Assembly: GCF_032191835.1 (NCBI RefSeq)
Contig: NC_083235.1
Location: 71,486,001 to 71,550,000 of the forward strand
DNA: 64,000 nucleotides
DNA from: Heteronotia binoei
Lineage: Eukaryota
Reading direction: 5' to 3'
Both the position numbers and the translations under genes were made by a program. Of the stretch, positions 36,730 to 48,957 are shown one piece after another. The notes beneath the pieces are model-generated. The model did no database searches. It worked only from the letters and a program-made list of their open reading frames with translations, and was not told the DNA's origin. Positions within the stretch are counted from its first letter, which is position 1; the number at the start of each line of letters is the position of its first letter.

Positions 36730-37950
36730 GTATAAGCATACGTTGTTTCTAAACTGGTGTTGTGTCTGCTTCTCACCAGTTACAAGGCTTCTGGTCTGTC
36801 TTCAAGGGTATCTCCACATGAGGTGCATTACTGTAATCCTGCCTGAAGGTAACAGGAGCATGGATCAGTGTAGCTAGGTCAGTGGAGTCCAGGAAGAAAG
36901 TTATTTTCTTTTTTAAAAAATCTAAGTGCAGATAAGTAAACAAAAATCCTGGCAAAAGCTCCCAACTGCAACTACAAAAAAAAGATGAGTCCAGGATAAA
37001 TTCTAAACCCTTTCCCCTTATCTGAATATAGTAGCTTAATCCATTCAACGTGTCGTGTCATTCCTCGCAAGAATGTTTGTTTCCCCAGCCGGGTCCATCT
37101 CTATCTTGTCTGGATTCAGTGCAGCTTGGTCTTCTGCACCCAGTAGACCAATGCATCCAAAAAGCTTCAGAACAGAAAGAGCTGCAGATAGAGATGCATA
37201 GTTGTGCGTCATTCACATATTGATTATATTAACCAACTCCACAACTCTGTATTTTCTCAGCGAGTGGACTGACATAAATATTAAAGACCACGGGGGTTAG
37301 CACTGAGCTCTGAAGCCCAGTACCAAGCTTTCTTTTTCCTATTGGAGAAAAAGGACCAAAACCAGAAGATGACTACACCCAAGATTCCCCTAACCGTTTT
37401 TCAACATCCCAGTAGCATAGTATGATCGGAAGCCATTCTCCTATTCTCTTTTTAAACTGTGCTTAAACCTGCTGTGTAAGGTCTCCTCAGGGTCTTTTCA
37501 GGATTCTTGCAAGAAGAAGACCAGCTATGCACATGTCTCGTTAAGGTTATTAATCAATTGGCTTATTAAGTTCAATGGCATCACTAGCAACAGCAACTCA
37601 AGTAAAAGCATGAAAAACATCATATTAGCTCAGCCATGGGAATTATGAAACTGAAGCTACAGGGCGGCTAGCTAGTCATTTCAGAGGCAGAGAACATGTC
37701 TCGTCTTCTCAAGGACAGCAAAGAGAATGCAAACACCCTGTAGTCATGTCTGTGGTTGTTCCAGTGATGTTCATGAGTGTAAGAACAAGTCTGGGTGGCA
37801 TTCTCTGGGTTTCTTCCTTCCTGAATTTGCTGAGAGTTCCCATTGGCCAGGTGGTCCTTTTAAAAAGAATTCTATTTCTGTTGCTTACAATGGGCAGGTC
37901 AAAGGTTTGGTAACATGTGTGTTCGACTACCATTCTGACTACATCTTGTA
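36730..37950 (-). mobile_element. Old L2 LINE remnant (RT region)
   Basis: Minus translation SVLTPVVFNIYVSPL...QYVNDAQLCIS...LNPDKIE resembles L2 RT motifs; boundaries approximate. Confidence 0.6.
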
Positions 37951-40777
37951 GCAAACTTATTTTGCATGCACATGTAAAGTAAAAGCTTTAGCAATATTTA
38001 GCAATTCCTAATACGGGGGTGTCAAACGTGTGGCCTGCAGTCCAAACGGCCCTTCGAGGGCTTCAGTCAAGCCCATAGGGCTCTCTTCTTCCCCCTCCTG
38101 TCCTCACCCTGCAAAGCTTCCAGGCCGCTGACATTCCCAGCTCCTTTTGCCTTCTCTTTGCAAAGGCTAAAGCAGAAAGCAAAACTGCAAAGAAAATGTG
38201 GAATGGATTTCCCATTCAGGCCTATGGGAAGAGCAGACTGGAATGGAAGATCCACTCCAGGTTTTCTTGCAACTTTAACGGAGAAAAACTCAGTTTAACA
38301 TCCCAGCATGTTCTTATGGCCAGCTGAAGCTTCCTGGAGTTGTGTCCTTGCAAATCAAGTGTTGATGCTCTGAGTCAGCTTTGTCTCTTCTCAGTAGACT
38401 TTAGAACTAGTGCCTAGCAAGTACTCTAACTTAGGAACCCACAGCTAAAGGGAGATATTACACTGGAGAGCCTTTGCTAATATGAGTAGACCCGGGGGGG
38501 GCGGGGAGAAGAAGTTTGAAATGCTCTGCCATTTCATGTTTTCCCAGGCTGAGAATTAATTCATATGCTGTTTTTTCATGCAAATAAGGTGATCTGGTAT
38601 TCTCAGTGATATCGGTCTGTGTGTCTTCTCTACAGGTGAGCTAGCCACGGAAAGCCATATTTCGCCTAAGCTTTATCAAGGCATAAACCGTTTTCTATAA
38701 ATCACAAACACCATTCTGTAAATGAAGTAAGATAAATACAATCCCATCATTATATTTGTTATACAATGGAAACCCACCTGTATCACAATTGACACAATAT
38801 ATTACGGTCTCTTACTCCAGCAATACTGTTCCAATCTTCAGTGGTAAAAATCTGCTTTCCACTGGGGATTAAGATGCTACTGTCCCAGGTATTTCCATTG
38901 TATAGCTTTAAGTCATCCTTAACAAATATAATGATGGTTATTTTGTGGTTATGCGATGGTTATAATGATGATGTGGTTATTTTGTTTCATTTATGAAACA
39001 GTGTGGTTTATTTTGTTTCATTTATGAAACAGTGTGGTTTGTCTTGATAAATCTTAGGTGAAATACGTTTTTCCATAGCTAGTTCACCTTTAGAGAAAGC
39101 ACTCAGACTGATACCACTAGGAACACCGGACTGCCTTATTTGCATGAAAAAACAGCATATGAACTAATTCTCAGTCCTCTGGATCCAGAGCCATAAGACT
39201 GGCTTTCTGTTTAAAGAGACTGTTTCGTTTTAAGTGACCTTTATTGGTTTTACATTGGATCCCCTGTCGTTGATACATCATTTGTGTGTGGAAATGTTTT
39301 TGTACTTAAGACTGGTGAAATTACAATGCGCTTCATGATTTACTTAAGGATTTATTACGTTTATTTAGTTTATTATAGTATATCACCACACATCATTTGT
39401 GTTTGTTGTTTGCTCTTTTTACAGCTTGCAGTCTTTTCTCTGCTATAGCCTCTCACTACATTAATTGTTTAGCTAAGTTCAGGCTTGCTTGTGGGTTGAG
39501 TCCACCCAGGGCCCTGCCAGGGGTGGGACCACGGCAGAGGACAGACCAGGGGAGGGGGCCCTCCAGCGGCATGCAGGGGCTGCGGCAACCACCCCCTGCC
39601 TGAACTTACAGCCCAGGTCAGGTGCTGGAGATGCTGTCACTCTGCCCGGCTTTGAACGAGGGGAGGAGGGAGGCAAGTTTGAGGTGCACAGTCACACTTA
39701 CCTGTCCATTTGCGACCACTCTTGAGCGGTGAGGTCGGATACCTGTTGGGACTTGGAAACAGGAGAGGTTAGCCACGGAGCAGAGACTTTGCTCTCCTCC
39801 TTGCGTGTTAAAGAGCCTGCTCTGCACTGTCTCAGTGCCCTTTCTGTGCCATGCCCATTACCAGTGCCTCGCCCTCGCTAAGTCAACATGGCAGGGAGCT
39901 TCGTGGCAGAGTCCTGTGCCGTGCACCCTACCCTACCTGAAGAGTTGTGCGAGACTGGGGCGGAAGCTTTTCTAGGAGATGGGGAGCGGTGATGGGGGGG
40001 TGGGCTCGCCCAGCCTGGGGCGTGAAGGGATTGGTGAGGCAATTACACGGCTCCCAAAGGGGTTTGCAAGGTTGTGTGGTGGCGGACTTTGGTTTCTGTT
40101 TCAATGAGTGTCTATGGGATACAGCAGCATTTTCGTTGTCGTAACTTTGCGCCTCTTGGGGAGTGTGTCAGGGCCCAAAGTTCTTAGGGAGCCAACTAAG
40201 CCGGGGCACACCCCTGACTCTGCCCCCCCTCAGGCTGGCGTAGGCCTTTCTGCCGCACTTAATGCCTGCGCTCGAGCACAGGGCTGAGGCACCACTGCCC
40301 TGGATCAGAGGCCATGCCCATGTAAGTCACCTCCGTTCCAACGTAAGTGGACTTGTGCCACCGTATCCCCGACTTCCGCGGGCGTCCAAAGGACCCCCCC
40401 CCCCTTAGGATTGCACTGTAAAACATTTTTAATGGATAGAAGAATGTGGCGATATAATCAAGTGGTGTATGGCTGTCGCATTCATTGCTCTTCTCAGAGC
40501 AAACTCTGGATATATTCTTCAGATTACCTTGACTTTGGAGCACATTTGATGTTTTCATATGTCATTAAAATTTGACTGATTTCATGACACATGGATTAGG
40601 GTTGCGGGCTCTCGTCTAGCCAGGGCCTATGCTAGGTTTAACATTATGTTACAAGTTTTACAAGGGGGTTTATAATGGGAGAAAAGCATCTATCTCTTAG
40701 CAGGATGAATTAATTTTTATTATCTTTATTTGATATTTTTCCCATTATTAATAACTAATTTGCTATTTTTTCCATAG

Positions 40778-40836
40778 TTTGTTTTTTGGGAATCTGTATA
40801 TATACTTTGCCTGGCAAGGGAAGACCCGTATAACAG
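40778..40836 (+). CDS. MFSD11: MFSD11 coding exon 6 (LFFGNLYIYFAWQGKTRIT)
   Basis: ccatag| acceptor, G|gttggt donor; 59 nt. Confidence 0.96.
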
Positions 40837-42039
40837 GTTGGTTTTGTTTGCTTATAAGGTATTATTTTGAGGGGGGGGAAGATTGTGGATGAAATAATCA
40901 GAGGACATTTCTGTGCTGTTGCCAGAAATAAAGTAAGTCAATTAATAGGCACTGTTGTAACCCTGTTGGAACTTTCCTCCAGTATTCTGATAGATCCCAC
41001 TTAGAATTTCCATTGCCTAAGGCGGGAGGATTTCCACGAGTTCCCTGTCCTGCAATAGACCTCTAGTCCCTTCCTGAATTGTTTCTGGGGATCCCCCATT
41101 CTCCAGGAGTAGCATTTCAGGGGGCACTTGGGACTGCCATGAGAGGGAGGAATTGGTGAAATTCACCTCCCTTTCGTCCGCCTGCAGAAATTCCAGGAGG
41201 GATCAAAGGCTCTGTATTTTTGGATGCCATCTCAGTCGTATCGTATGTATCTTTAAACTGCACTGAGAAATGATTAGATTTGGGAAAATACTTAGCTGGT
41301 GGGTGGACTATAACTAGGTGGGATATAGCTAGGTCTTAGCAAGAACCGAAATTATTGTAGATTTTGATGGCACAGCAGACCATCAGTGGTTTGATATACT
41401 GAAATAGTAGGGTCCTGCCGGACTATTTATTTTGTGCATTGGGAATGCATAGAGTTTACTCTGCAGCTGAGCAGGATTTAGATGACATTTCCTCATGCAG
41501 CAAAACTATTGCAGTATAATTTCATTTTTCCAGCACTCAGCTGCACTGGGTTGCTGTCAAAATGCTTTTCTCCCCAAAAGAGCCCTGCCTTTATGGTGGC
41601 GAGAGCAGTGTATGGAATGTGGCTGATGAATATTAGAGATTAGAGTTCCTGACATCGCTAATGAACAACCACACAAGTCTTTCCTTTCCTTGTGCCTGCC
41701 CTATTCTTATATCGTTTGTTTTTTAATTTACAAACTCTTTACAAACTGAATATGTCTATACTGTCGCTGCAGCGCTTTTAAATGCTAAACGTCAAAGATA
41801 CTCCCCTTTCCTCCGTTACTGTACCATGCCATTTCATTAGAGCTTTTTATTGTAGATTTTGATGGCACAGCAGACCATCAGTGGTTTGATGCACTGAAAT
41901 AATACGCCTTCATTTAGCCTGTCTCTCAGGCAGCTCTGGATTTGTCTGGTTCTGTTTGCATCGTAAAGGAGTCCTTGCCCATAGAACATGTTTATCATAG
42001 AACTGAGGTTGTATTTATTTCCTTGCAGGTACTCTAGCG

Positions 42040-42337
42040 GTAAAGGTAGTCCCCTGTGCAAGCACCAGTCGTTTCCGACTCTGGGGCGACGTTGCTTTCA
42101 TGTTTTCACAGCAGACTTTTTATGGGGTGGTTTGCCATTGCCTTCCCCACTCATCTGCACTTCCCCCGCCCCCCCAGCAAGCTGGGTACTCATTTTACCG
42201 ACCTCGGAAGGATGGAAGGCTGAGTCAACCTGAGCCAGCTGCCTGAAACCAGCTTCCACCGGGATCGAACTCAGGTTGTTGTGAGCAGAGAGTTCAGACT
42301 GCAGTATTGCAGCTTTACCACTCTGCGCCACGGGGCC
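42040..42337 (-). mobile_element. Sauria SINE (BovB-type tail)
   Basis: GCCCCGTGGCGCAGAGTGGTAAAGCTGCA head; GGGGAAGGCAATGGCAAACCAC core; CAGGGGACTACCTTTA tail. Confidence 0.9.
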
Positions 42338-43625
42338 GTAGCATAACTCCTATAACAAAAACAAAGCTATAGCAATGACTCCTATAACATGACTCCTATG
42401 ACAAATAACAAAAACATGACTCCTATAACAACAACAAGAACACAGTTGTGTACATATCATGTTTTGTAATTTGGTGCAGCATACCAATATTAGAGATAGG
42501 AGAACTGAATTTAAAGACAAGCAAACTTTTCTCTCATCACAGTCTGTTATGGAGTAATTACAAATTGTAAAAAAAAAAATGTTGCCCTTAAACGAATGCA
42601 TAGTGCCTTCTATTAGCGAAAGAGCATTTACATTCAGGTTTTATAACAGCCGCAATAGCGGACTGACGAATCAGATGAATACATTTTTAAGACCTTTCAG
42701 TCATTTTCAAAAAACCTTTGAGGTTTAAAAAAGCAACAGTTTACACTTTAATACAAGTGCTTGCAAACATTCCCAGTTGGTAGGCACCACTTTAGAAAAT
42801 ATAATGCTTCTGTCTTTCATAACAGCAAATCTCTTTTCTGAGATGGTGCCTTCCGCAATATAGATCTGCATTACCTGACAACAGAGAATATTTTTCTCCC
42901 ACAAAAATATTTATTTATGTGTAAATATATGCAGATTTAATCGAGTAGTCGATTGCAAACTCAGAATTGACTAAAATTTCTCTAAATAAGTTATAGCCAT
43001 ACTGACCCTATTATAAATTTGTAACACAGATCGTATTACAGGAGGTCTATCACAACTGCATAATATTGAAGTATAAGAAAGGTAATATTGCAATAACGAA
43101 TCTTAAGAAGTAGCTTATATATATGCTTCTCAAATAGGTGTTTATTCAACATGAAAAAGTTGCCCTTTTCATAATCCATAGGAGCAACACAGGGACCTGC
43201 TGAGTCACAAGCTCCTATTGTGTTTTTTGGCTGCTGAAGACCAGCTTCCGGTGTATATGCATAGAAAACATGGGTTTATGCCTCTTGCCTCTCTTTGCAC
43301 TTTCTGAGAAAAGCAGAGGAATAGAGAGGCCAGATCACACAGCAGTGGATAGGATTCCTCCATGACTTTGACCTTCGCTATGGGATACCTCCCACTGGAG
43401 AGCTCACATTCCCTGTCCCCAGCTCTCTTGGTCTGTGCCTACAGTTGTAGCTCTTCTTCCTTCCTCTCAGTGACTGAGATGTCACGCCTTTCTGTTCTTC
43501 ACGTCCACCCTGCACAGCGGTTCTAAATTCTTCCGAAAGCTAATTAGTCACCTTGTATTGTGCAGTTAACATTTCTGTGGTGGAGAGAGCAGATTAATCA
43601 ATATATGCAGTAGGCTGTCTTTAAA

Positions 43626-43972
43626 ACATATGAACATATGAAGCTGCCTTCCACTGAATCAGACCCTCCATCAAAGTCAGTATTGTCTTCTCAGACTGGC
43701 AGCGGCTCTCCAGGGTCTCAAGCTGAGGTTTTTCATGCCTGTTTGCCTGGACCCTTTTAGTTGGAGATGCCAGGGATTGAACCTGGGACCTTCTGCTTAC
43801 CAAGCAGATGCTCTACCACTGAGCCACCGTCCCTCCCCTGACCAGCAGTGGCTCTCCAGCTGAGGTTTTTCACACCTACTTGCCTGGACCCTTTTAGTTG
43901 GAGATGCCGGGGATTGAACCTGGGACCTTCTGCTTCCCAAGCAGATGCTCCACCACTGAGCCACCGTCCCTC
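43626..43972 (-). mobile_element. Tandem Squam1-like SINEs: one full (43626-43835) and one partial
   Basis: Same head and tail as 6131-6762. Confidence 0.88.
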
Positions 43973-44094
43973 CCCAATTAACGATTGTTAATGCTTCAGT
44001 AAAATAGTTTTCTAACGGTTTACACTGGTATGAATGCCTGTATTGCTGTTTGTTAAAGAGTAACTCATTACTGTTTTTCTCCCCACCCCCCAAG

Positions 44095-44239
44095 AGAGCG
44101 ACCGCAGGACCGTCTTCATTGCGCTGACAGTGATCAGCCTCGTAGGCACCGTTCTGTTCTTTCTCGTCAGGAATCCACAGGAATCAAATACAGAAGAAGG
44201 AGAGACAGCAGGCAATGCCGATAACCTTGTAGAACCAAT
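44095..44239 (+). CDS. MFSD11: MFSD11 coding exon 7 (ESDRRTVFIALTVISLVGTVLFFLVRNP...)
   Basis: ccccaag| acceptor, AT|gtaggt donor; 145 nt. Confidence 0.95.
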
Positions 44240-46371
44240 GTAGGTGCAATATAGATGCATGCAAAACATTCTCCTAGATCCACTTGCTTCTAGTTTAAGC
44301 ACATTGTTTTGAAGTGAGAATTCAAGTTATATTTAGTTGTCTCCAGAGGAATGCACGAGTAATTGTGTTTTTCCATTAATCTCTGAAAAGGCTGCCCCTT
44401 TGACCAGCGCTCAAGGTAAAGTGCGCGACTGAAAGCATCTTTCTGGAACTGTAGGAGCTGCCGTAGGAATCGAAATAGCAATGAGTCTACCTTAGGACAA
44501 TGTAATTTGGTTTGGGTGAAAGTACCTTTCTCTTAGCAGCACCAGATCTTGACTAGATGATACATAATTATAGGCTAGTGATGCAAGTTAACAAGATAAA
44601 TTTGTCCTTGGGTTAGACCACTTCTAAGCGGTGAGAGACAGTGTGGCCTAGTGGTGAGAGAGTTGGAACTAAGTCTGGAAGTGAAGAGAGCTAGATTCAA
44701 AGCCTCATGATGCTAGCTGGGCAACCTTGGAAGAGTTACACATCCTCTCTCATTCTATGGCTTTTCCACATTCTCATTTTCCTCGCTTGTAACCATCTTT
44801 GTCTTTGGGATTATGTTTCTGGTCCACTTATATTTGATATTGCACTAGTTTATGTCTAGCAAATCTCACTGTAGATTTAAACTCAGGTTTTTATGCTGGA
44901 CATAAAACGTTGTGATAAAACATAAAACGTTGTGATATCAGATGGACCGCTAGAGTGAACAAAATGTGTGGAACAGACCCCCCCCCCCCAAGAGTCAGGA
45001 ATTTATAACCAAGGAAAATGGAAACACAGAAAAGCTCCTAATCTACTTTCCTGAGTACTTAGTTTATTGTATTGTATACTTTACTAAGTAGTTTTGAAGA
45101 TAAACTGGAAGCAAGAAGAACCTAATATGTCACCCTGAGGTCCTTGGAGAAAGGTTAAAATGTAATAGAGTGCAGGTGGAGGCCCCTGTGATATTCTCTG
45201 CACATAGGAAATCAGCATACCACACTAGACTAAAACCCTTTTACAAGGGACTATTTTTTGCACATTATCATGCAAGTCCCCCACTTACAGTTTCTAATGG
45301 TATAGTCCTAACCTGGGTTTAACAACACACTGAGAACCAGCCCAAGTTATCTTGTATCTGCTGCTAATGTTGCTTTATAGCCTTATTACTCCTTATGTAA
45401 CCATCCCTTCCTATCTTCTTCGCAGGAACAGTTATGAACCGATAAAATACTTCTGAGCATGTACAAAATGCCTTGCCATCAGCCCCGAATTACAGCAGCA
45501 TGCCTTCGAACTTAGAATCAAGGAGGAGGGCTTTCTTAAAGGCAGAGGCAGGTTTCCATGCTGGCCTGAGTCTTGGCTTGTCTCTGCCCACAAATACCTT
45601 GGCAGTATTCTGAGAAAGTTTTTTTTGTAACTTTTAGAGTGTAGGGATCCTCATGCCACCATTCAACCTCATGCCAGTGTTCTATTCCCAATCATACTCA
45701 CTCACTTTTGCAATGGGGTAAATCTCTTTTAAGTGGCACGTGTGAAGGGCAATGTAAAGGTGATGGGAAAACGTAAGAGAAAAGGATCTGTAGCGTTTAA
45801 ATGAAAGAGAAATGAATTTAGATTGAAACCTGGGGATGTGATTGACATTAACACTGTCCATCTCTTCTCCCCTGGAAGCAGTGTGTCAGCTTTTGAGGCA
45901 CCAATAATTGCTTTTGGGAGGACCAGCCTTATTAAGAACTACACTGGGGGGAAAAAAAGATTCTGACCTTCTGTAAGCATTTGGAGATCTGGCTTATGAA
46001 TTCCACATTGGAATTGTATATGGCAGCCATGTGCCCTCTGTAAGTTCTAAAAGCCCTGTCGATTTCTAACACTCTGACCATTGCTTTCCTTTAACTAATG
46101 GATAGTAAAAATATTATTTGAATAATGTTTACTTTCAAGAACCCTCTTTCGGTATTTCTAGAATTTTCCAAAAACATGTTTTCAAGGCCTAAAAAATTTC
46201 AATTTCAGACAATAGTTTGAGAGGTATAAATTCCACAGTGGCCTGCTTGCTTATAATGTTTTCCACTGAGATTTCACATCCCATGGAGCCTTGTTAAGTT
46301 GGTTTGTTGTTTGGATGTAGATAAACCACACCTTCCACTAAGATACCAAGTTACATAAAATAAGAAGATAG

Positions 46372-46643
46372 GAAGATATTGTATTTATATCCCGCCCTAC
46401 ACTCTGAAGAGTCTCAGAGCGGCTCACAATCTCCTTTACCTTCCTCCCCCACAACAGACACCCTGTGAGGTGGGTGGGGCTGGAGAGGGCTCTCACAGCA
46501 GCTGCCCTTTCAAGGACAACCTCTGCCAGGGCTACGGCTGACCCAAGGCCATGCTAGCAGGTGCAAGTGGAGGAGTGGGGAATCAAGCCCGGTTCTCCCA
46601 GATAAGAGTCCGCACACTTCACCACTACACCAAACTGGCTCTC
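46372..46643 (-). mobile_element. Squam3-like SINE, full length
   Basis: Near-identical to 23781-24057. Confidence 0.9.
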
Positions 46644-46954
46644 CACAGACAACTAGTCAGTCATATATGATGGCGAGGGTTTTTTTTGGGTTTTTTTACA
46701 AATCAGTATTTAAGATTGTGGACAGAGCTACAGTAATATCCTAAGGGTGGGGAAAACTTACTGAAAATTCTGAAGGAAGAAAGTTAATTTTGATGCAATT
46801 GACTTGATTTCATTTCTGCATGAGATATTGTTTCCCATACTGAGTATGTAATATTGTAATATTTCTAACGTTAGCAAAAATGTTTTTAAAAAGATATGTT
46901 GTAAGATGAAATGGGTGTGCCTGTTTTACAGCTCAGTGGCATTTGCGGCTCAGT

Positions 46955-47560
46955 ATGGCCAGTATCATAATGCCCCTGTATAAATCGATGGTGTGGTCTC
47001 ATTTGGAGTACTGTGTGCAGTTCTGGTCGCCGCATCTCAAAAAGGATATTATAGCATTGGAGAAAGTCCAGAGAAGGGCAACTAGAACTAGAATGATTAA
47101 AGGGCTGGGACACTTTCCCTATGAAGAAAGGTCGAAACACTTGGGGCTCTTTAGCTTGGAGAAACGTCGACTGCGGGGTGACATGATAGAGGTTTACAAG
47201 ATAATGCATGGGATGGAGAAAGCAGAGAAAGAAGTACTTTTCTCCCTTTCTCACAATACAAGAACTCGTGGGCATTCAGTGAAATTGCTGAGCAGACAGG
47301 TTAAAACGGATAAAAGGAAGTACTTCTTCACCCAAAGGGTGATTAACATGTGGAATTCACTGCCACAGGAGGTGGTGGCGGCCACAAGCATGGCCACCTT
47401 CAAGAGGGGTTTAGATAAAAATATGGAGCACAGGTCCATCAGTGGCTATTAGCCACAGTGTGTGTGTATATATAAACAATTTTTTGCCACTGTGTGACAC
47501 AGAGTGTTGGACTGGATGGGCCGTTGGCCTGATCCAACATGGCTTCTCTTATGTTCTTAT
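46955..47560 (+). mobile_element. CR1 LINE 3' fragment with an open ORF2 C-terminus and a single terminal hairpin unit
   Basis: ORF 46943-47452: LEYCVQFWSPHLKKDI...LFSLEKRRLRGDMIEVYKI...FFTQRVINMWNSLP. Confidence 0.93.
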
Positions 47561-47608
47561 GGCTGGTATTTGTGCATTCATAGAAAACATGTATTTGTTT
47601 TTCATCAG

Positions 47609-47649
47609 GTCTGACCAAAGTAAAATGACAAGAGCCGCAGATGCATTTA
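47609..47649 (+). CDS. MFSD11: MFSD11 coding exon 8 (SDQSKMTRAADAF)
   Basis: ttcatcag| acceptor, A|gtaagt donor; 41 nt; restores frame between exons 7 and 9. Confidence 0.9.
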
Positions 47650-47999
47650 GTAAGTATCATTCCCTGGAAGAATTAATACTTGCAAGGAACAGGGCCTTAG
47701 ATATTCCACCATTAGTTATAAAGGAAAATCTAACTCACCTGTGGACCTGTCTAAAAATGACAAGGCGGCTGCACTGGTGCTCCCCTCCAAATTTGATCTG
47801 TTTTCCTATATTGTATCGCTTTTTCTTACCTACCAATGTTTTCCATTTTTTAGCATCGCAGTAGAGTAAAAGTGCCTTTGACTGACTTAATGAGAGATTT
47901 GGGGACGTTCCATGCAACTTGGCTGTTTCTATCAGGGGAGAGGTGGCCACGAGTCAAAAAAAGGGAAGGGGGATTGGAAATGCTTACTAATAATAACGG

Positions 48000-48225
48000 C
48001 AGCTAGCGTGGTGTAGCAATTAGCGTGCTGGACTAGGATCTGGGAGACCCAGGTTCAAATCCCCCCTCTGCCATGGAGGCTTGTTGGGTGACCTTGGGCC
48101 AGCCATACATTCTCAGCCCTGGCCTACCTCACAGGGTTATTGTAAGGATAAAATGGAGGCTGAGAAGGATTTAAGCCTCTTTGGATCCCTTGTGGAGAGA
48201 AAGGTGTTGTATAAATGAAGTGAAG
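48000..48225 (+). mobile_element. Older MIR/Squam3-related tRNA SINE
   Basis: gtggtgtag A-box, ggttcaaatcc B-box, gggtgaccttgggcca core, cctacctcacagggttattgt tail. Confidence 0.7.
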
Positions 48226-48386
48226 CGGTGGTGGGAAATACCATCATTTCTTTTCACATTTTTTCAATTTTTGTTTTTATATACAGCTGTGTGAGTAATA
48301 ATAGAGACCATAGGTGAAGTCCCCCCCCCTTTTTTTCTTTAATAGTCTGTATAATTTTCATGATTTTAATTGTGCTTTGTTTGCAG

Positions 48387-48452
48387 GAAGCTCTATGAAG
48401 CTGTGTTTCACCAAAGAGATTCTGTTGCTTAGTATCACAACAGCCTATACAG
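48387..48452 (+). CDS. MFSD11: MFSD11 coding exon 9 (SSMKLCFTKEILLLSITTAYT)
   Basis: ttgcag| acceptor, G|gtagag donor; 66 nt. Confidence 0.95.
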
Positions 48453-48943
48453 GTAGAGTCAAAAGCACTGCTGTCTGAGGTTTGCCTGGGGCCTGAGAAA
48501 GGTGCTCTTTGTGTGGACAAGAGCGAGTCTCTCACCGAACCTGCCATCCTATGTCCGCTTCTCTTCCCTGAGTCTTCCTTTTCATATCTCCTCAAGGGTT
48601 TTGCGCATTCCCATTTCTGCTCCTTTTTCAGCCCCAGGATTTCACACTGCAGGCCCAGCGAACCACTGAAGGTGGTGGTGGAAAGCCGCGTGTAGAGCTG
48701 AGGCTTTCTTAACTGCAGAGAAAAAAAAGTCCATCTGGTTTTTGCTCTGAACATCTGCTTGTCTTAGCTGTCAAAGCTGCACTGGACAAAACTACACACA
48801 GAAAACTTTTGGCTGCTGTAGACATGTTATGGCTCCTTAGCCCGTTAAAGGATTACTTTTCAGCATCCTTGGGTGTTTTTTCCAGCCGCTGTAGGCAAGT
48901 TCTCTTACTATATTGGGACCCAGCAGAGAGTTGTGCTACAAGA

Positions 48944-48957
48944 CTGCCATCTGGTGG
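48944..48957 (-). promoter_or_regulatory. Candidate CTCF site (CCACCAGATGGCAG on the minus strand) in MFSD11 intron 9
   Basis: Exact fit to the core CCASYAGRKGGCRS; no binding data. Confidence 0.5.

Noticed and set aside
42010-42060. Cryptic acceptor (tttatttccttgcag) just before an antisense Sauria SINE, suggesting exonisation
   Set aside because: No strong downstream donor; such motifs are common by chance
46943-47452. 169-aa ORF as a host gene (likewise the 210-aa ORF at 60923-61555)
   Set aside because: They are C-terminal fragments of CR1 and RTE ORF2, 5'-truncated, with retrotransposon tails
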